Positions 1-10,086 are shown, counted from the stretch's first letter. The stretch is DNA of 64,000 bases from Candidatus Bathyarchaeota archaeon (GCA_963769425.1 CAVYLP010000006.1:608001-672000); one strand, 5' to 3'. Notes: generated from the letters alone by a model not told the origin. A program made the numbers and translations.

Positions 1-1
1 G

Positions 2-346
2 AACGCCCAAACCGTCGCAGCGGGGCTCCGCGTCCCGAAGGCCCTCGGCGACTACCTCATCCTAAGAGCCGTGAGAGAGAGCAAGGGTACGGCAATCGCC
101 GTCACAGACGACGAGTTGATCAACGACGTCCGCCTGATAAGCCGCCTTGAGGGCATCTTCGCCTGCCCCGAAGGCGCTGCAACCATCTCCGCTCTGAGGA
201 AGATGGTTGAAGCGGGGGAGGTCGACCGTGATGAGCAAGTCGTTCTATTCAATACTGGTTCCGGGCTCAAGTACACCGACCTCTTCACGGTCAACGCGCC
301 GGTCGCCGATCCCAAGAAGCCCTTCGATTACAAGAGCCTCAAGTAG
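2..346 (+). CDS. thrC: Threonine synthase family PLP enzyme, C-terminal part (5' truncated by window)
   Basis: Open frame from base 2: NAQTVAAGLRVPKALGDYLIL...EGIFACPEGAAT...VVLFNTGSGLKY, typical of the threonine synthase C-terminus. Confidence 0.8.
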   Translation, partial: NAQTVAAGLRVPKALGDYLILRAVRESKGTAIAVTDDELINDVRLISRLEGIFACPEGAATISALRKMVEAGEVDRDEQVVLFNTGSGLKYTDLFTVNAPVADPKKPFDYKSLK

Positions 347-389
347 CAAAACTTATCCCGATCAAGTAACACCCCTGACGCGATTCGCG

Positions 390-1295
390 ATGGCGTCAGC
401 CTCGGCATTCGCCCCCGGACACCTAACGGGCCTATTCCAGATATGCGACCAGCCCAGCGACCCTTTGAAGAAGGGATCGAGGGGTTCCGGCGTGAGCCTC
501 GACCTCGGAGTCCACACGAAGGTGACGACCGAGCCAGCGAAGGAAACGACTTGGTCAATCAAGATCAATGGAAAGACTACAGGCGAGGCCTTCGTCTCCG
601 AGAACGTTCTGACGAAGTTCTCGAAGCTCATCAAGCCGCAGTTCATAACAGTCGAGCATGTGGTTGAGACTCCGATCGTCGCCGGCTTCGGTAGCAGTGG
701 AGGGGGAGCACTCAGCCTAGCACTGGCTCTGAACGAGGCGGCTGGGACCGGGTTGACGAGGATCGAGGCTTCCCAGATAGCCCACGTCACGGAGATAGAG
801 TGCAGGACGGGCCTCGGTAGTGTCTTCGCGTCGGAGCGCGGCGGCTTCGGGATACTCACAAAGCCCGGTGCCCCAGGCGTCGGCGAGGCTATCTCCTACC
901 CGGACGCCGGGAGGCTCCGCGCTGTCTATGTCTACTTCGGCCCCATCCCCACAAAGGAGGCCCTCGCCAACCCCGGCCTCCGGGCCAAGATAAACGAGAT
1001 GGGCGGCAGGTTCGTCGACGAACTCACGAGAGACCCCACCCCGACGCGTTTCATGAGGTCGAGCCGCCAGTTCACTGAGCACGTAGGCCTCGTAACCCCG
1101 AAGCTGAGGAACCTATTCGACAAGATGGACATGGCGGGTTACACCTTCACGATGGCAATGTTCGGTGAGGTGGCGTTCAGCGTCATGAAGAGGGCGAGGG
1201 CCGAGGAGGCGGCGACGTTCATCGAGTCCTCCTTCCCTGGCTACGAGGCTGTCGTCGTCGGAATCGACGACAAGGGCGCAAGTATAACGTCTTGA
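390..1295 (+). CDS. Pantoate kinase (GHMP kinase family)
   Basis: AFAPGHLTGLF, KGSRGSG, PIVAGFGSSGGGAL (GHMP motif), EIECRTGLG, MAMFGE; ATG at 390 chosen as start. Confidence 0.85.
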   Translation: MASASAFAPGHLTGLFQICDQPSDPLKKGSRGSGVSLDLGVHTKVTTEPAKETTWSIKINGKTTGEAFVSENVLTKFSKLIKPQFITVEHVVETPIVAGFGSSGGGALSLALALNEAAGTGLTRIEASQIAHVTEIECRTGLGSVFASERGGFGILTKPGAPGVGEAISYPDAGRLRAVYVYFGPIPTKEALANPGLRAKINEMGGRFVDELTRDPTPTRFMRSSRQFTEHVGLVTPKLRNLFDKMDMAGYTFTMAMFGEVAFSVMKRARAEEAATFIESSFPGYEAVVVGIDDKGASITS

Positions 1296-1317
1296 AGCTC
1301 TGAGAAAAATAGACGTT

Positions 1318-1596
1318 TTACAGGTGAGGTTCTTCGTTTGGGAGCTGTACAGGTATGAGATGCTCCGTAACGTAGTGCGTCATCTGTGGGGGGCGTGGTA
1401 CCTTCGCTGTCATCTCCATGAAGTGGTCGTAGCTGCGGGCGTCAAATAGCCAGCAGTAGTTCCACTTCTGGTTCATCGAACCGTGGATCCCCATGTACTG
1501 GACGCCGGTCTCCTCGCACGCCTTCTGCATACGCTTATCGTGCTCCTTCAGCTCCTTCCTGCTCCCGGCCCAGTCGAAGTAGAGGAGAATCTTCAT
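1318..1596 (-). CDS. Small hypothetical protein (92 aa)
   Basis: ATG-started ORF filling the gap between genes; no recognised motif. Confidence 0.6.
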   Translation of the reverse strand: MKILLYFDWAGSRKELKEHDKRMQKACEETGVQYMGIHGSMNQKWNYCWLFDARSYDHFMEMTAKVPRPPQMTHYVTEHLIPVQLPNEEPHL

Positions 1597-1726
1597 GATG
1601 TTCTCCCGTAAGCGTTTGCCATTACTCTTATATTGTTATCGTTTATCGGCGCTCAAGGGGCCCCGAGGTCATCATCAAAACGATTATTACCAGCCGGGGG
1701 ACCCTTCAATTCTCGAAGTGAAGATT

Positions 1727-2890
1727 ATGTATAACGCAGATGTTCTAAACTCGGCTACTATCGAGGGAATGCTCGCGGCGCCAGGCATAAAGTGGCACCG
1801 CGACCCCCCGGACGTCATCGGCATGTGGCTCGCCGACCCCGACTTCCCAACTGCACCCATGATTAAAAAGGCGCTAATCAACGCCGTGCAGGACGAGGAC
1901 CTGCTCTACAACACCGACGACAAGGCAAGGCAGGCAATGTCTGACAGGGTCAATAGGAAGAACGGCTTCAAGACTACCAAGGACGACATCTACGTCACGC
2001 AGGGGGTCATCCCCGCGATGTGGCTCGCCATACAGAACAGCGGGGCAAAGCTAGGGGACGAGATCGTCGTCACCGACCCCATGTACTACCCATTCTTCAC
2101 CGCCGTCGAGGCCTGCCAGATGAAGCCCACCTACTGGAAGCTTGACGAGGAGGACGGCTACAAGTTCCACATCGAGCGCCTCAAGCAGCTGGTGAATAAG
2201 AAGACCAAGCTCATCTTCGTCTGCAACCCCCACAACCCGAGTGGGCGCGTGATGACGAAGGAGGAACTCAAGGCAATTGCGGACATCGCAGTCGACAACA
2301 AGATCAACGTAATGGTCGACGAGCTCTGGGACGACATAGTCTTCGACGGTCACAAGCACGTCAGCCTTGCCACTCTGAGCCCTGAGGTCGCCGACCTCAC
2401 AGTCACAAGCTGGGGCATAAGCAAGACGTGGGGCCTCCCCGGCCTCCAGTGCGGATACCTCACAGCGACGCCCAAGACGATGGAGGGGCTCAAGAAGCAC
2501 GCGAAGGGTGTGCTACGTGGGTCCTCGACCCTCAGCCTCGACGCCGCGGTCGCCGCCCTCGACAGACACGGAGAGTACTGGATCAAGGACATCATCGCGC
2601 ACCTCACGAAGATCAGGGGCATCGCCGACAAGAGGTTCAAGGAGATGGGCTGCGCTGTACCCGAGCTACAGGGCACCTACCTCATGTTCCCCAAGTTCAA
2701 CGTGAAGATGACCCACAAGGAGCTCGAGAAGCTCATGCAGGAGACGGCGAAGGTCGGCCTCGGAACGGGCACCGAGTTTGGCCCAGAGGGTGAGATGCAC
2801 ATGAGGATGACCATCGCGACGAGCGAGTCCATCCTCGGCGAGGCTCTCGACAGGATCGAGAAGGCCGTAAAATCCGTTAAGAAGAAGTAG
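1727..2890 (+). CDS. PLP-dependent aminotransferase class I/II (MalY/PatB cystathionine beta-lyase-like)
   Basis: IGMWLADPDF, VCNPHNPSGRV, VDELW, SKTWGLPGL (PLP lysine), QGTYL. Confidence 0.85.
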   Translation: MYNADVLNSATIEGMLAAPGIKWHRDPPDVIGMWLADPDFPTAPMIKKALINAVQDEDLLYNTDDKARQAMSDRVNRKNGFKTTKDDIYVTQGVIPAMWLAIQNSGAKLGDEIVVTDPMYYPFFTAVEACQMKPTYWKLDEEDGYKFHIERLKQLVNKKTKLIFVCNPHNPSGRVMTKEELKAIADIAVDNKINVMVDELWDDIVFDGHKHVSLATLSPEVADLTVTSWGISKTWGLPGLQCGYLTATPKTMEGLKKHAKGVLRGSSTLSLDAAVAALDRHGEYWIKDIIAHLTKIRGIADKRFKEMGCAVPELQGTYLMFPKFNVKMTHKELEKLMQETAKVGLGTGTEFGPEGEMHMRMTIATSESILGEALDRIEKAVKSVKKK

Positions 2891-2903
2891 AGCCGAAGAC
2901 CTG

Positions 2904-2920
2904 CTCTTTTTTTACTTTAT
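2904..2920 (+). terminator. Putative archaeal oligo-T terminator
   Basis: T-rich tract (ctctttttttactttat) shortly after the aminotransferase stop, between convergent genes. Confidence 0.4.
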
Positions 2921-2981
2921 AAACCCAAGTCATAACTGGGTTAAGTATTTCTAGAAAGTCGTAACGAGAAAACGGTTAGGG

Positions 2982-3314
2982 TTAGTTCTTCCCCGTGGCG
3001 TTCACTAGGCCCCTTAACTTTCTGCCCGACTTAGTGATGCCTCGGTCGGCCCTGCCCCTCTGGCCCTTGGAGGTCTGCTTCGGCGCTGGGACTTTGATCT
3101 CGTTCTCCTTGGCCGATGCAACGTACTCCTTGAGGATCTCGACGTTCTCCTCGTGGCTCGACTTCCTCCGGACGTCCACCGGGATGCCGAGAATCCTTGC
3201 CTCACCGGCGTTCAGGCCAACCGCCTGTATCTCGGCGAGGCTGAAGCCGCGACCCTCCCTGACGGTCTCGGTGCGGAATACCATTGGTGATATAATGTGA
3301 GATATTGAGGTCAC
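2982..3314 (-). CDS. rpl13e: 50S ribosomal protein L13e
   Basis: [16 protein letters not shown]...[20 protein letters not shown] signature; overlaps the S9 stop. Confidence 0.9.
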   Translation of the reverse strand: MTSISHIISPMVFRTETVREGRGFSLAEIQAVGLNAGEARILGIPVDVRRKSSHEENVEILKEYVASAKENEIKVPAPKQTSKGQRGRADRGITKSGRKLRGLVNATGKN

Positions 3315-3730
3315 CTGTAGCTCTTCTGCTTGCGCCTGCGTGCGCTTGGTCCACCGAACTTCTTTGGCTCCTTCCTGCGTGCGTCTCCGCTAAGCATGGT
3401 GCGGTCGTGCTCCAGAAATGTGCTCCTGAGCCTCTTGCTCTTCGTGTACTTAACGAGCCCTAGGGCTAAGCCCATGCGCGCCGCTTCAGCTTGGCCTAGT
3501 GGGCCGCCACCTGATACATCGATGTTTATGTCGACCTTGGTGGCGACGTCGCCTGAGATGAGGACGGGTTCCATGATCATCTCGCGTGCCATTAGAGGCT
3601 CGTGGTACTGCACTGGGACGTTGTTGATCCTGACCCTACCCTTGCCCTCCTCGACGGTCACGCGTGCCTTGGCGGTCTTGCGTTTACCGGTAGTGAGGGT
3701 CGGCTTCTTCTTCGCTACGGGTGCTGACAT
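3311..3730 (-). CDS. rps9: 30S ribosomal protein S9
   Basis: [45 protein letters not shown]. Confidence 0.97.
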   Translation of the reverse strand: MSAPVAKKKPTLTTGKRKTAKARVTVEEGKGRVRINNVPVQYHEPLMAREMIMEPVLISGDVATKVDINIDVSGGGPLGQAEAARMGLALGLVKYTKSKRLRSTFLEHDRTMLSGDARRKEPKKFGGPSARRRKQKSYR

Positions 3731-3731
3731 T

Positions 3732-4169
3732 TTACTCTACTCCCATCTTGTTCCAGCCGATACTCTCGGCCAGTTCGCCGACGGTTACGAACCTGTGGTT
3801 GAGGTTCTCGCTGTGGCAATCGGGCATCTTCTCCTTCTCCGCCTTCTCAAACTCATCGGGGACGCCGATGTGGACGTGGAGCCTCTTGTATGCGGCCTCG
3901 CCCTTTGGTATTCTATAGGGGAGCATCCCACGTACGGTCCTTCGGACGAGCTCGTGGGGTCTCCTGTGGTGGACCGGACCCTTGCCGAATCCGCCAACGT
4001 GTATAAACTCCTTCCACTGCTCGACCAACTTGACCTTGTTGCCGGATATGACGACGTTCTGCGCGTTAACTAGCACTATAGTTTCGCCGGCTAGAAGCCT
4101 CTTGGCGACGACGCTGGCCATTCTGCCAAGAATGAGGCCGTCGGCGTCTATGACTGTCCTTGTGCTCAT
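3732..4169 (-). CDS. rpl13: 50S ribosomal protein L13
   Basis: IDADGLILGRMASVVAKRLL, RRTVRGMLP. Confidence 0.97.
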   Translation of the reverse strand: MSTRTVIDADGLILGRMASVVAKRLLAGETIVLVNAQNVVISGNKVKLVEQWKEFIHVGGFGKGPVHHRRPHELVRRTVRGMLPYRIPKGEAAYKRLHVHIGVPDEFEKAEKEKMPDCHSENLNHRFVTVGELAESIGWNKMGVE

Positions 4170-4229
4170 CGCTGATTCAACCTATTTCATCGGCTCGAAG
4201 TGCCTGATGCACCCAGCCTACATCACGTC

Positions 4230-4250
4230 TATAATTATAAAGGTTTTCCA
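4230..4250 (-). promoter_or_regulatory. Putative BRE/TATA promoter of the L13-S9-L13e operon
   Basis: Minus strand reads GGAAAACCTTTTATAATTAT about 60-80 nt upstream of the L13 start. Confidence 0.55.
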
Positions 4251-4307
4251 AAGGCTGATGCTCGCGTCGGGGCGTGATGGTCGCGGTTAGGTGGGACAGA
4301 AACTCGG

Positions 4308-4556
4308 CTAGGTTGACCAAGTGTAGTTACTGAACTCTATTGAGTCTATTATCGTGGCGCCAAAGTCCTCGTCCCTGCACTCCTGGCTATACATGACGAA
4401 GCCGTCGAAGGCGAATATGTGGTTTTTCCCGCGCCTGTATATGACCCGGGGCTTGGCTATGTCGACGAGCTTTAGGAACTCCTCCATGCTGAATTTCAGC
4501 CTATAACTGCTGGCTGGGCTCTCTGATGCTACCATTTCGGCTTCCACGCCTTTCAC
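4308..4556 (-). CDS. Small hypothetical protein
   Basis: 82-aa ORF with protein-like composition (MEEFLKLV...VIYRRGKNHIFAFDGFVMY). Confidence 0.6.
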   Translation of the reverse strand: MKGVEAEMVASESPASSYRLKFSMEEFLKLVDIAKPRVIYRRGKNHIFAFDGFVMYSQECRDEDFGATIIDSIEFSNYTWST

Positions 4557-4765
4557 TTGAATCCCAATTGGCTTTCTGGGGTTTATGGTTTGGTGTCGTA
4601 GGCGCGCGAATAACCGCTGAGTGAACGGGATATGATAGACTCTAGTAGATTGGGACGTTCACAGATGAACGCGATCCAACCCGGTGAAGGCAATCCCCCA
4701 CCTTAATTCACTCCGCGGTAGACGGGCGTGGCTCGAATTTAAGCGTTAGAGGCCGAGGGCGGGGG

Positions 4766-5098
4766 TCACACTTCTAAGAATTCCTTTAGGGCGACGGCTT
4801 GATTATGCTCCGTGTCCTTCGCGCCGTATAGCAGGGTAACTGTACCCTTTCTATCCAGGGCGCGGAGGTCGGCCAGCACCGCCTCTTTCCCCTTCAGCTC
4901 CTCCCGGTACCGCTTCTTAAACTCCGCCCACTTCTCGGGCTCATGGCCGAACCACTTCCTCAGCTCGTTGCTTGGAGCGACATCTTTTAGCCAGTCATCT
5001 ATCCTCGCCGATTCTCGGCTTACGCCGCGTGGCCAGAGGCGGTCAACGAGCACCCGCCTCCCGTCTGAGGAGGAGGCCTCCTCGTAGATTCTCTTCAC
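4766..5098 (-). CDS. DUF488/YeaO family protein
   Basis: KRIYE..DGRRVLVDRLWPRGVS..WLKDVAPSNELRKWFGH..HNQAVALK. Confidence 0.9.
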   Translation of the reverse strand: MKRIYEEASSSDGRRVLVDRLWPRGVSRESARIDDWLKDVAPSNELRKWFGHEPEKWAEFKKRYREELKGKEAVLADLRALDRKGTVTLLYGAKDTEHNQAVALKEFLEV

Positions 5099-5155
5099 CT
5101 TGAACGTCGTTGGTCGGTTAATTGTTGCGGGAAAATTGTATATTAACAGAGGAGG

Positions 5156-6190
5156 CTAGGGGATGAACTCGACCTTGCAGCCGACGCGGCTCTTAGCGGT
5201 CTCGAAGGCCTCATCCGCTTTCTCGAGGGGGAGCCTGTGGGTGATCAGCTCCCTAACCTTGACGGCTCCGCTCTTGGCGAGGCTTATGGACTGGTCGAAG
5301 TTCTCGGGCTTCGCGTCGTAAGCCCCGCTCAAGGTCACCTCCCTGCGAACGACCTGGGTCATGGGGACCTCGACGGGGCGGCTGAAGATGCCTATTATTG
5401 TGACCTGGCCCCGCTTCTTCACTATCTGTGTGGCCTGCGCCACGGCTGGTGGCGCCCCGGTGGCAACGAAGGCTATGTCCGCGCCGCGTCCACCAGTCCT
5501 CTCCATCACGAGCTTCAACAGATCTTCCTTCTCAACGTTTACCGTCTCAAGCCCGAGCCCGCTGGCTATCTTAAAGCGCTCCGTGTCTACGTTGACGCCG
5601 GTCAATATCACTTCGGCGCCAGCGAGGTGGAAGAGCTGGGCGCTGAAGATGCCTATGGGGCCGCAGCCGTGGACGACGGCGAGGTCTCCGAGCCTGATGG
5701 TTGTGCAGTCCTTGACGAAGTGGAGGGCGTTGCTGAGTGGCTCGATGAGGGCGCCCTCCTCGAAGCTCAGCTCCCCGGGGAGGCGGTGGAGGAGCCGGTA
5801 GGGGACGGCGACGTACTCCGCCATGCCACCGTCGACGTGTATCCCAAAGAGGGTAGAGGCATCGCAGAGGTTCTCGTGCCCAGAGCGGCAGTAGACGCAG
5901 ATCCCACACGCCTTCACGGACTCGGCGATGACGCGGTCCCCGACGGCATAGCCCTTAACCTGCGGGCCGGTCTCCGCTATCCTCCCCGAGAACTCGTGGC
6001 CCATCACGACGGGGAGCCTCATCTTCGAGTAGGCGGGGGTGTAGTCGTAGATGCCGAGGTCGCTGCCGCAGATCGCTGCGGCCTTCACCTCTATTAGCAC
6101 CTCGTCCGCGGCTATCTTGGGCTTTGGGACCTCGGCGAACTCGACGCCGGGTTCCGGCTTTCGCTTGACGACTGCTCTCATGGATGGCAC
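5156..6190 (-). CDS. Zinc-dependent alcohol dehydrogenase (MDR; threonine/sorbitol dehydrogenase-like)
   Basis: ICGSD, GHEFSG, structural Zn CGICVYC..C, GCGPIG Rossmann motif. Confidence 0.9.
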   Translation of the reverse strand: MPSMRAVVKRKPEPGVEFAEVPKPKIAADEVLIEVKAAAICGSDLGIYDYTPAYSKMRLPVVMGHEFSGRIAETGPQVKGYAVGDRVIAESVKACGICVYCRSGHENLCDASTLFGIHVDGGMAEYVAVPYRLLHRLPGELSFEEGALIEPLSNALHFVKDCTTIRLGDLAVVHGCGPIGIFSAQLFHLAGAEVILTGVNVDTERFKIASGLGLETVNVEKEDLLKLVMERTGGRGADIAFVATGAPPAVAQATQIVKKRGQVTIIGIFSRPVEVPMTQVVRREVTLSGAYDAKPENFDQSISLAKSGAVKVRELITHRLPLEKADEAFETAKSRVGCKVEFIP

Positions 6191-6272
6191 CTTTACAGTG
6201 CTATGGTCGCCGGTCCCGGATTAAACGCTTCCCCGGCGGGCAATGCTCTAATTCACCCCCGGGTATCTCTCC

Positions 6273-7535
6273 ATGAAGCCTATGAGGTACGACGAGAGGC
6301 GGGTCCTCGACGCTATCGACGTCGACGGCCTTGTGGATTACCTGTGTGAGTTGATCTCCTTCCCCAGCGTGGGTGGTCAGGAATCTCCCGCGCAGAAGAA
6401 CATCGCGGCGAAGATGAGGGCTCTCGGCCTCGGCGTCGAGACTTGGGATGTCGACTTCGAGAAGATCAGGGGACACCCCGCCTTCAGCATGCCTATTGAG
6501 CGCAATGAGGGCATCGGCGTCGTCGGAAGCTACGGCGAGGGCAAGGGTAGGAGCCTGATGGTCAACGGGCACATAGACGTTGTCTCCCCCGGTGATGAGT
6601 CGAAGTGGAGGTACCCGCCGTGGAAGGGCACCGTTGCTGATGGCCGCGTTTACGGGCGGGGCTCCACCGACATGAAGGGGGGCGTAGTCGCCGCCCTCTA
6701 CGCCATCAAGGCCATCGTAGACTCCGGTACCCCCCTCAAGGGGAAGGTTATGCTCGAGACAGTCATCGGGGAGGAGGACGGTGGCGTCGGGGCCCTCGAC
6801 GCGATCCTCAGGGGCTACAGGGCAGACGCCGCGATAGTCCCCGAGCCGAGCGAGCTGAGCGCTGTCCCCGCCCACGCAGGCGTCATGGCATTCAGGGTCA
6901 CCGTCCAGGGGAAGGCCGCCCACGCGAGCCTGCGCACAGACGGCGTTAGTGCCATCGACAAGTTCCTCCCCCTCTACGAGGCCCTGAAGAGTCTCGAGGC
7001 GGAGAGGAACGCCCGCATAAAGGACCCCCTCTACGCGGGCTACGACATACCCTCCCCGCTCAGCATCGGAAAGATTGTGGGCGGGGAGTGGCCGGGTACC
7101 GTCCCCGAGAACCTCTACTTCGAGGGGCGCATAGGCGTCCACACCGACGAGACCTGCGACAAGGTGAAGAGGCAGTTAGAAGCCGCAGTCAAGAAAGCGG
7201 CGGACGCTGACCCGTGGCTCAAGGCGCACCAGCCCCGAGTCGACTGGAACGGTTACCGATTCGACCCAGCGAAGATACCCGCAGACCACCCGATTATGGA
7301 GACGGTTAAGACCGCGTACAGTGATGTCGCAGGCCACACGCCGAAGGTCGAGGGAAAGACCTACAGCAGCGACATGCGCCTGCTCGTCAACCTCGGCTCC
7401 ACCCCGACAATGATCTTCGGCCCGGGGGAACTGCGGGAGGCCCACTCAGCCAACGAGTCGGTCAACGTCGAGAATCTCAAAGTGGCGGCTAAGACCTATG
7501 CACTAGCCATTCTCCGCTGGTGCAACCAGCAGTAA
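6273..7535 (+). CDS. M20 family peptidase/deacylase (ArgE/DapE-like)
   Basis: NGHIDVV, YGRGSTDMKGG, GEEDGG, GKAAHA, AHSANE. Confidence 0.92.
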   Translation: MKPMRYDERRVLDAIDVDGLVDYLCELISFPSVGGQESPAQKNIAAKMRALGLGVETWDVDFEKIRGHPAFSMPIERNEGIGVVGSYGEGKGRSLMVNGHIDVVSPGDESKWRYPPWKGTVADGRVYGRGSTDMKGGVVAALYAIKAIVDSGTPLKGKVMLETVIGEEDGGVGALDAILRGYRADAAIVPEPSELSAVPAHAGVMAFRVTVQGKAAHASLRTDGVSAIDKFLPLYEALKSLEAERNARIKDPLYAGYDIPSPLSIGKIVGGEWPGTVPENLYFEGRIGVHTDETCDKVKRQLEAAVKKAADADPWLKAHQPRVDWNGYRFDPAKIPADHPIMETVKTAYSDVAGHTPKVEGKTYSSDMRLLVNLGSTPTMIFGPGELREAHSANESVNVENLKVAAKTYALAILRWCNQQ

Positions 7536-7589
7536 CCGGGTCTAATTTTTTAGGGCGGGTCACGAAGGTGAGCTTAAGGCGAGATCGAT

Positions 7590-8093
7590 TTGGATGAATA
7601 CTATCGGATACCCGCGTACCCCGACCACTTCTCAGGCACGTCTGTGCTGGCGCGGATGCTGGATGGACTTGGGTTCAGGTTCTACTGGGCGACGGAGGGG
7701 CTCAGGGCGGAGGACTATGCCTTCCGCCCGGCAAAGGACACGATGAGCATCGGGGAGCTCGTCGTCCACGTCTGGTCCTTGGTCAACTGGGTGAGCAGCT
7801 CAGCGCTGAAGAAGAGTTACGCGGAGCCGAAGGACGCCCAGGCCGCGAGGGGGGAGGCCCTTAAAGTGATCCACGACCTCAGGGAGACGATGCTCGCGAT
7901 GAGCGACGAGGAGCTGGGGAAGCTTCGCATCCGCAATAAGCCCTTCTGGAACATCGTGAACGGGCCATTCTCCGACGCCCTGACCCACACGGGGCAGATA
8001 AACAGTTTCAGGAGACTCGCCGGCAACCCAGTCGCGGAGGCTAACGTCTTTCTCGGCGAGCCACCTAAGGCAGATAAAACGGAGAAAGCTTAA
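7590..8093 (+). CDS. DinB-like four-helix protein
   Basis: GLGFRFYWATEGL, MSIGELVVHV, DALTHTGQI..FRRLAGNP (DinB histidines). Confidence 0.7.
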   Translation: MDEYYRIPAYPDHFSGTSVLARMLDGLGFRFYWATEGLRAEDYAFRPAKDTMSIGELVVHVWSLVNWVSSSALKKSYAEPKDAQAARGEALKVIHDLRETMLAMSDEELGKLRIRNKPFWNIVNGPFSDALTHTGQINSFRRLAGNPVAEANVFLGEPPKADKTEKA

Positions 8094-8101
8094 CCCCTCC
8101 C

Positions 8102-9952
8102 TCACTGAGTGGTGCTCGTCTTGTTTTTCTTTAGCAGCGTTGCGACGAGGGCATTGAGGATGTTCCCCGACTCCTTGCCGCCACCGGTGACGAGGACCTC
8201 TGGGGTTATCACTATCTTACCGTTGGCAATCTCCTCGAAGAGCTTAAGGGCGGCGATGTTCTGTTGCCCTAGTACCTCGGTCTGTGCCTTGTACGCCGCG
8301 GCGAGGCCCTCACCTACCTGCTCGTTCTCGTAGGCCGTGCCGTCCGCCTTCGTCTTCGTGGCGTCGCGTATGCCCTCGGCCTCGCGGCGAGCCGCCTCAG
8401 CCCGGTCAGCAGCTATCTCGATGCTGAGCTTCGCGGAGATGACGTTCTCTTGCTGGTTGGCGCGTGCCGTCTTCTCGGCGACGGCGATGCGCTGCTCCTG
8501 GGCGAGTGCCTCCTGCTCGTACTGCTTCTGCTGCTGGACGGCGATCTCCTTCTTCGTCTGCGTCTCAAGCAGCTGCGTATCCACGTTGATGTAGGCGATG
8601 AGCAACCCCTGGACCTCTACGTGGTACTTGCTGAACTCCTCCCTCGCCTTCTCGAGCGCCTGTAGCTGTAGCTCGGTGCGGCTGTGGACGAACTCCATCG
8701 CCGCCTTCTTACCGGCCTCGTTTCTGAAGCTGCTGTCGATGAGGGGGTGTGCGACCTGCTCGATTAGGTTGCTGACGGTGCCGAAGCGGGCGATGACGAA
8801 TGGGGCGTTTGGTGGCGGGATGCGTATGATGAGCCTAACATCTACGTCGAGCTGGAAGCCATCCTTCGAGGTGACCCTAAGCTGGCTGAACTTGAAGAAC
8901 TCCGCTATCTTCGCACTCTGCCCGTTGTCCTGCTTCTGACCGATTATCTTGGTCTCGGATGGCCCAGAGGACGAGGCCCAATCGATTGTGATGGCGCTCG
9001 TTGGCACCAATTCGGCCTTGTAGGCGATCAGGTTGAGGTTATATGTGCCCGGGGCTACGGGGTCCCTGAATATTCCACGCTGGTTCTTATCGGTGATCAG
9101 CAGGGATTCGACGGCCTCATGTATGGGCTGGTTGAGATCCGGGGTTGTTGATATCGTAGGCGCAACGGGGGAGGTCGCGAGCTCCTTACCTACGCTGGAG
9201 ATCACGACGGCGACGTAGCCTGGCGGGACGACGGCGACTGAGTAGAGCGTGACTGCGAAGAGCCTCTTGTTGATATAGTACTCACCCGGCTGGAGGGTTT
9301 CAAGCTGGGGCCCCCTGTATCCGCCGTAGGCGATGAATGCCTGTCCATCCTGGAAGTGCTTGTGATCGCCGTTAGGCTCAGGCGCGACTATGTAGCCTGA
9401 GGGCAAGGGGGTACCGTCCATTGCTACGACAACTCCGACCATCTCCTTTGGAACCTCTATCGCTGGGGAATGCTCGACCCTGAAGACCGCCGTGTTAATG
9501 CGGTATGTGCCCGGGACGAGTATGGCGACCTGTGGCCCCTTCATGCCTCCATTCTTGAGGAATGCACTCGCGTCCTGGAAAGAGTTGCACTCGACGTCGT
9601 CACCGAGGAGCCTGCCCTTCGTGAGTGGCTTGCCGTCTATCGACTCGACGATGCCTATGCTCCCCTGTGGTATTTGGGTGACCTTGCTCTTGGATATCTT
9701 CCAGACCACGGGGAAGCGCCAGTAGAGGCCGGGCATCAGCGTGTCGGCCTGTATGCCGATCTCCCCCTCGGAGGCTATGATCTTGCCCTGGGGAAGCTTC
9801 TTGCCAGACAGCTTCTTCGTCAGTATGCCGACCTCGTCCGCTCTAACGAGCGCGAAGCCGGGTAGGACGAGTATAAGCAATAGCACCAATAGGACTATTG
9901 CTAACGTGAGTGTCACGGCTAGTGAAGCGCCTGTCAGATCGAATGCTGCCAT
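8102..9952 (-). CDS. SPFH/band 7 (flotillin-like) membrane protein
   Basis: N-terminal TM helix, repeated G.Q..L.PG.Y units, SKDGFQLDVDV SPFH core, Ala/Glu-rich coiled coil. Confidence 0.85.
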   Translation of the reverse strand: MAAFDLTGASLAVTLTLAIVLLVLLLILVLPGFALVRADEVGILTKKLSGKKLPQGKIIASEGEIGIQADTLMPGLYWRFPVVWKISKSKVTQIPQGSIGIVESIDGKPLTKGRLLGDDVECNSFQDASAFLKNGGMKGPQVAILVPGTYRINTAVFRVEHSPAIEVPKEMVGVVVAMDGTPLPSGYIVAPEPNGDHKHFQDGQAFIAYGGYRGPQLETLQPGEYYINKRLFAVTLYSVAVVPPGYVAVVISSVGKELATSPVAPTISTTPDLNQPIHEAVESLLITDKNQRGIFRDPVAPGTYNLNLIAYKAELVPTSAITIDWASSSGPSETKIIGQKQDNGQSAKIAEFFKFSQLRVTSKDGFQLDVDVRLIIRIPPPNAPFVIARFGTVSNLIEQVAHPLIDSSFRNEAGKKAAMEFVHSRTELQLQALEKAREEFSKYHVEVQGLLIAYINVDTQLLETQTKKEIAVQQQKQYEQEALAQEQRIAVAEKTARANQQENVISAKLSIEIAADRAEAARREAEGIRDATKTKADGTAYENEQVGEGLAAAYKAQTEVLGQQNIAALKLFEEIANGKIVITPEVLVTGGGKESGNILNALVATLLKKNKTSTTQ

Positions 9953-10086
9953 TTCTTCATTCCCTCCTTCTCGGATCCTACTTGGGCTTCCTCTGGTAAA
10001 AGAACATTCATCATAGACTATATATTATCAATAAGTCGACATTTTCTGATTCAGTTTAAATTCTCGCCCCCGTTTTCCAGTGAGGG

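Noticed and set aside
4557-4765. 200-bp intergenic region as ncRNA or attR of a tRNA-Lys island
   Set aside because: No recognisable RNA motif; the only match to the tRNA (GGCCGAGGG) is 9 bp and in the wrong orientation
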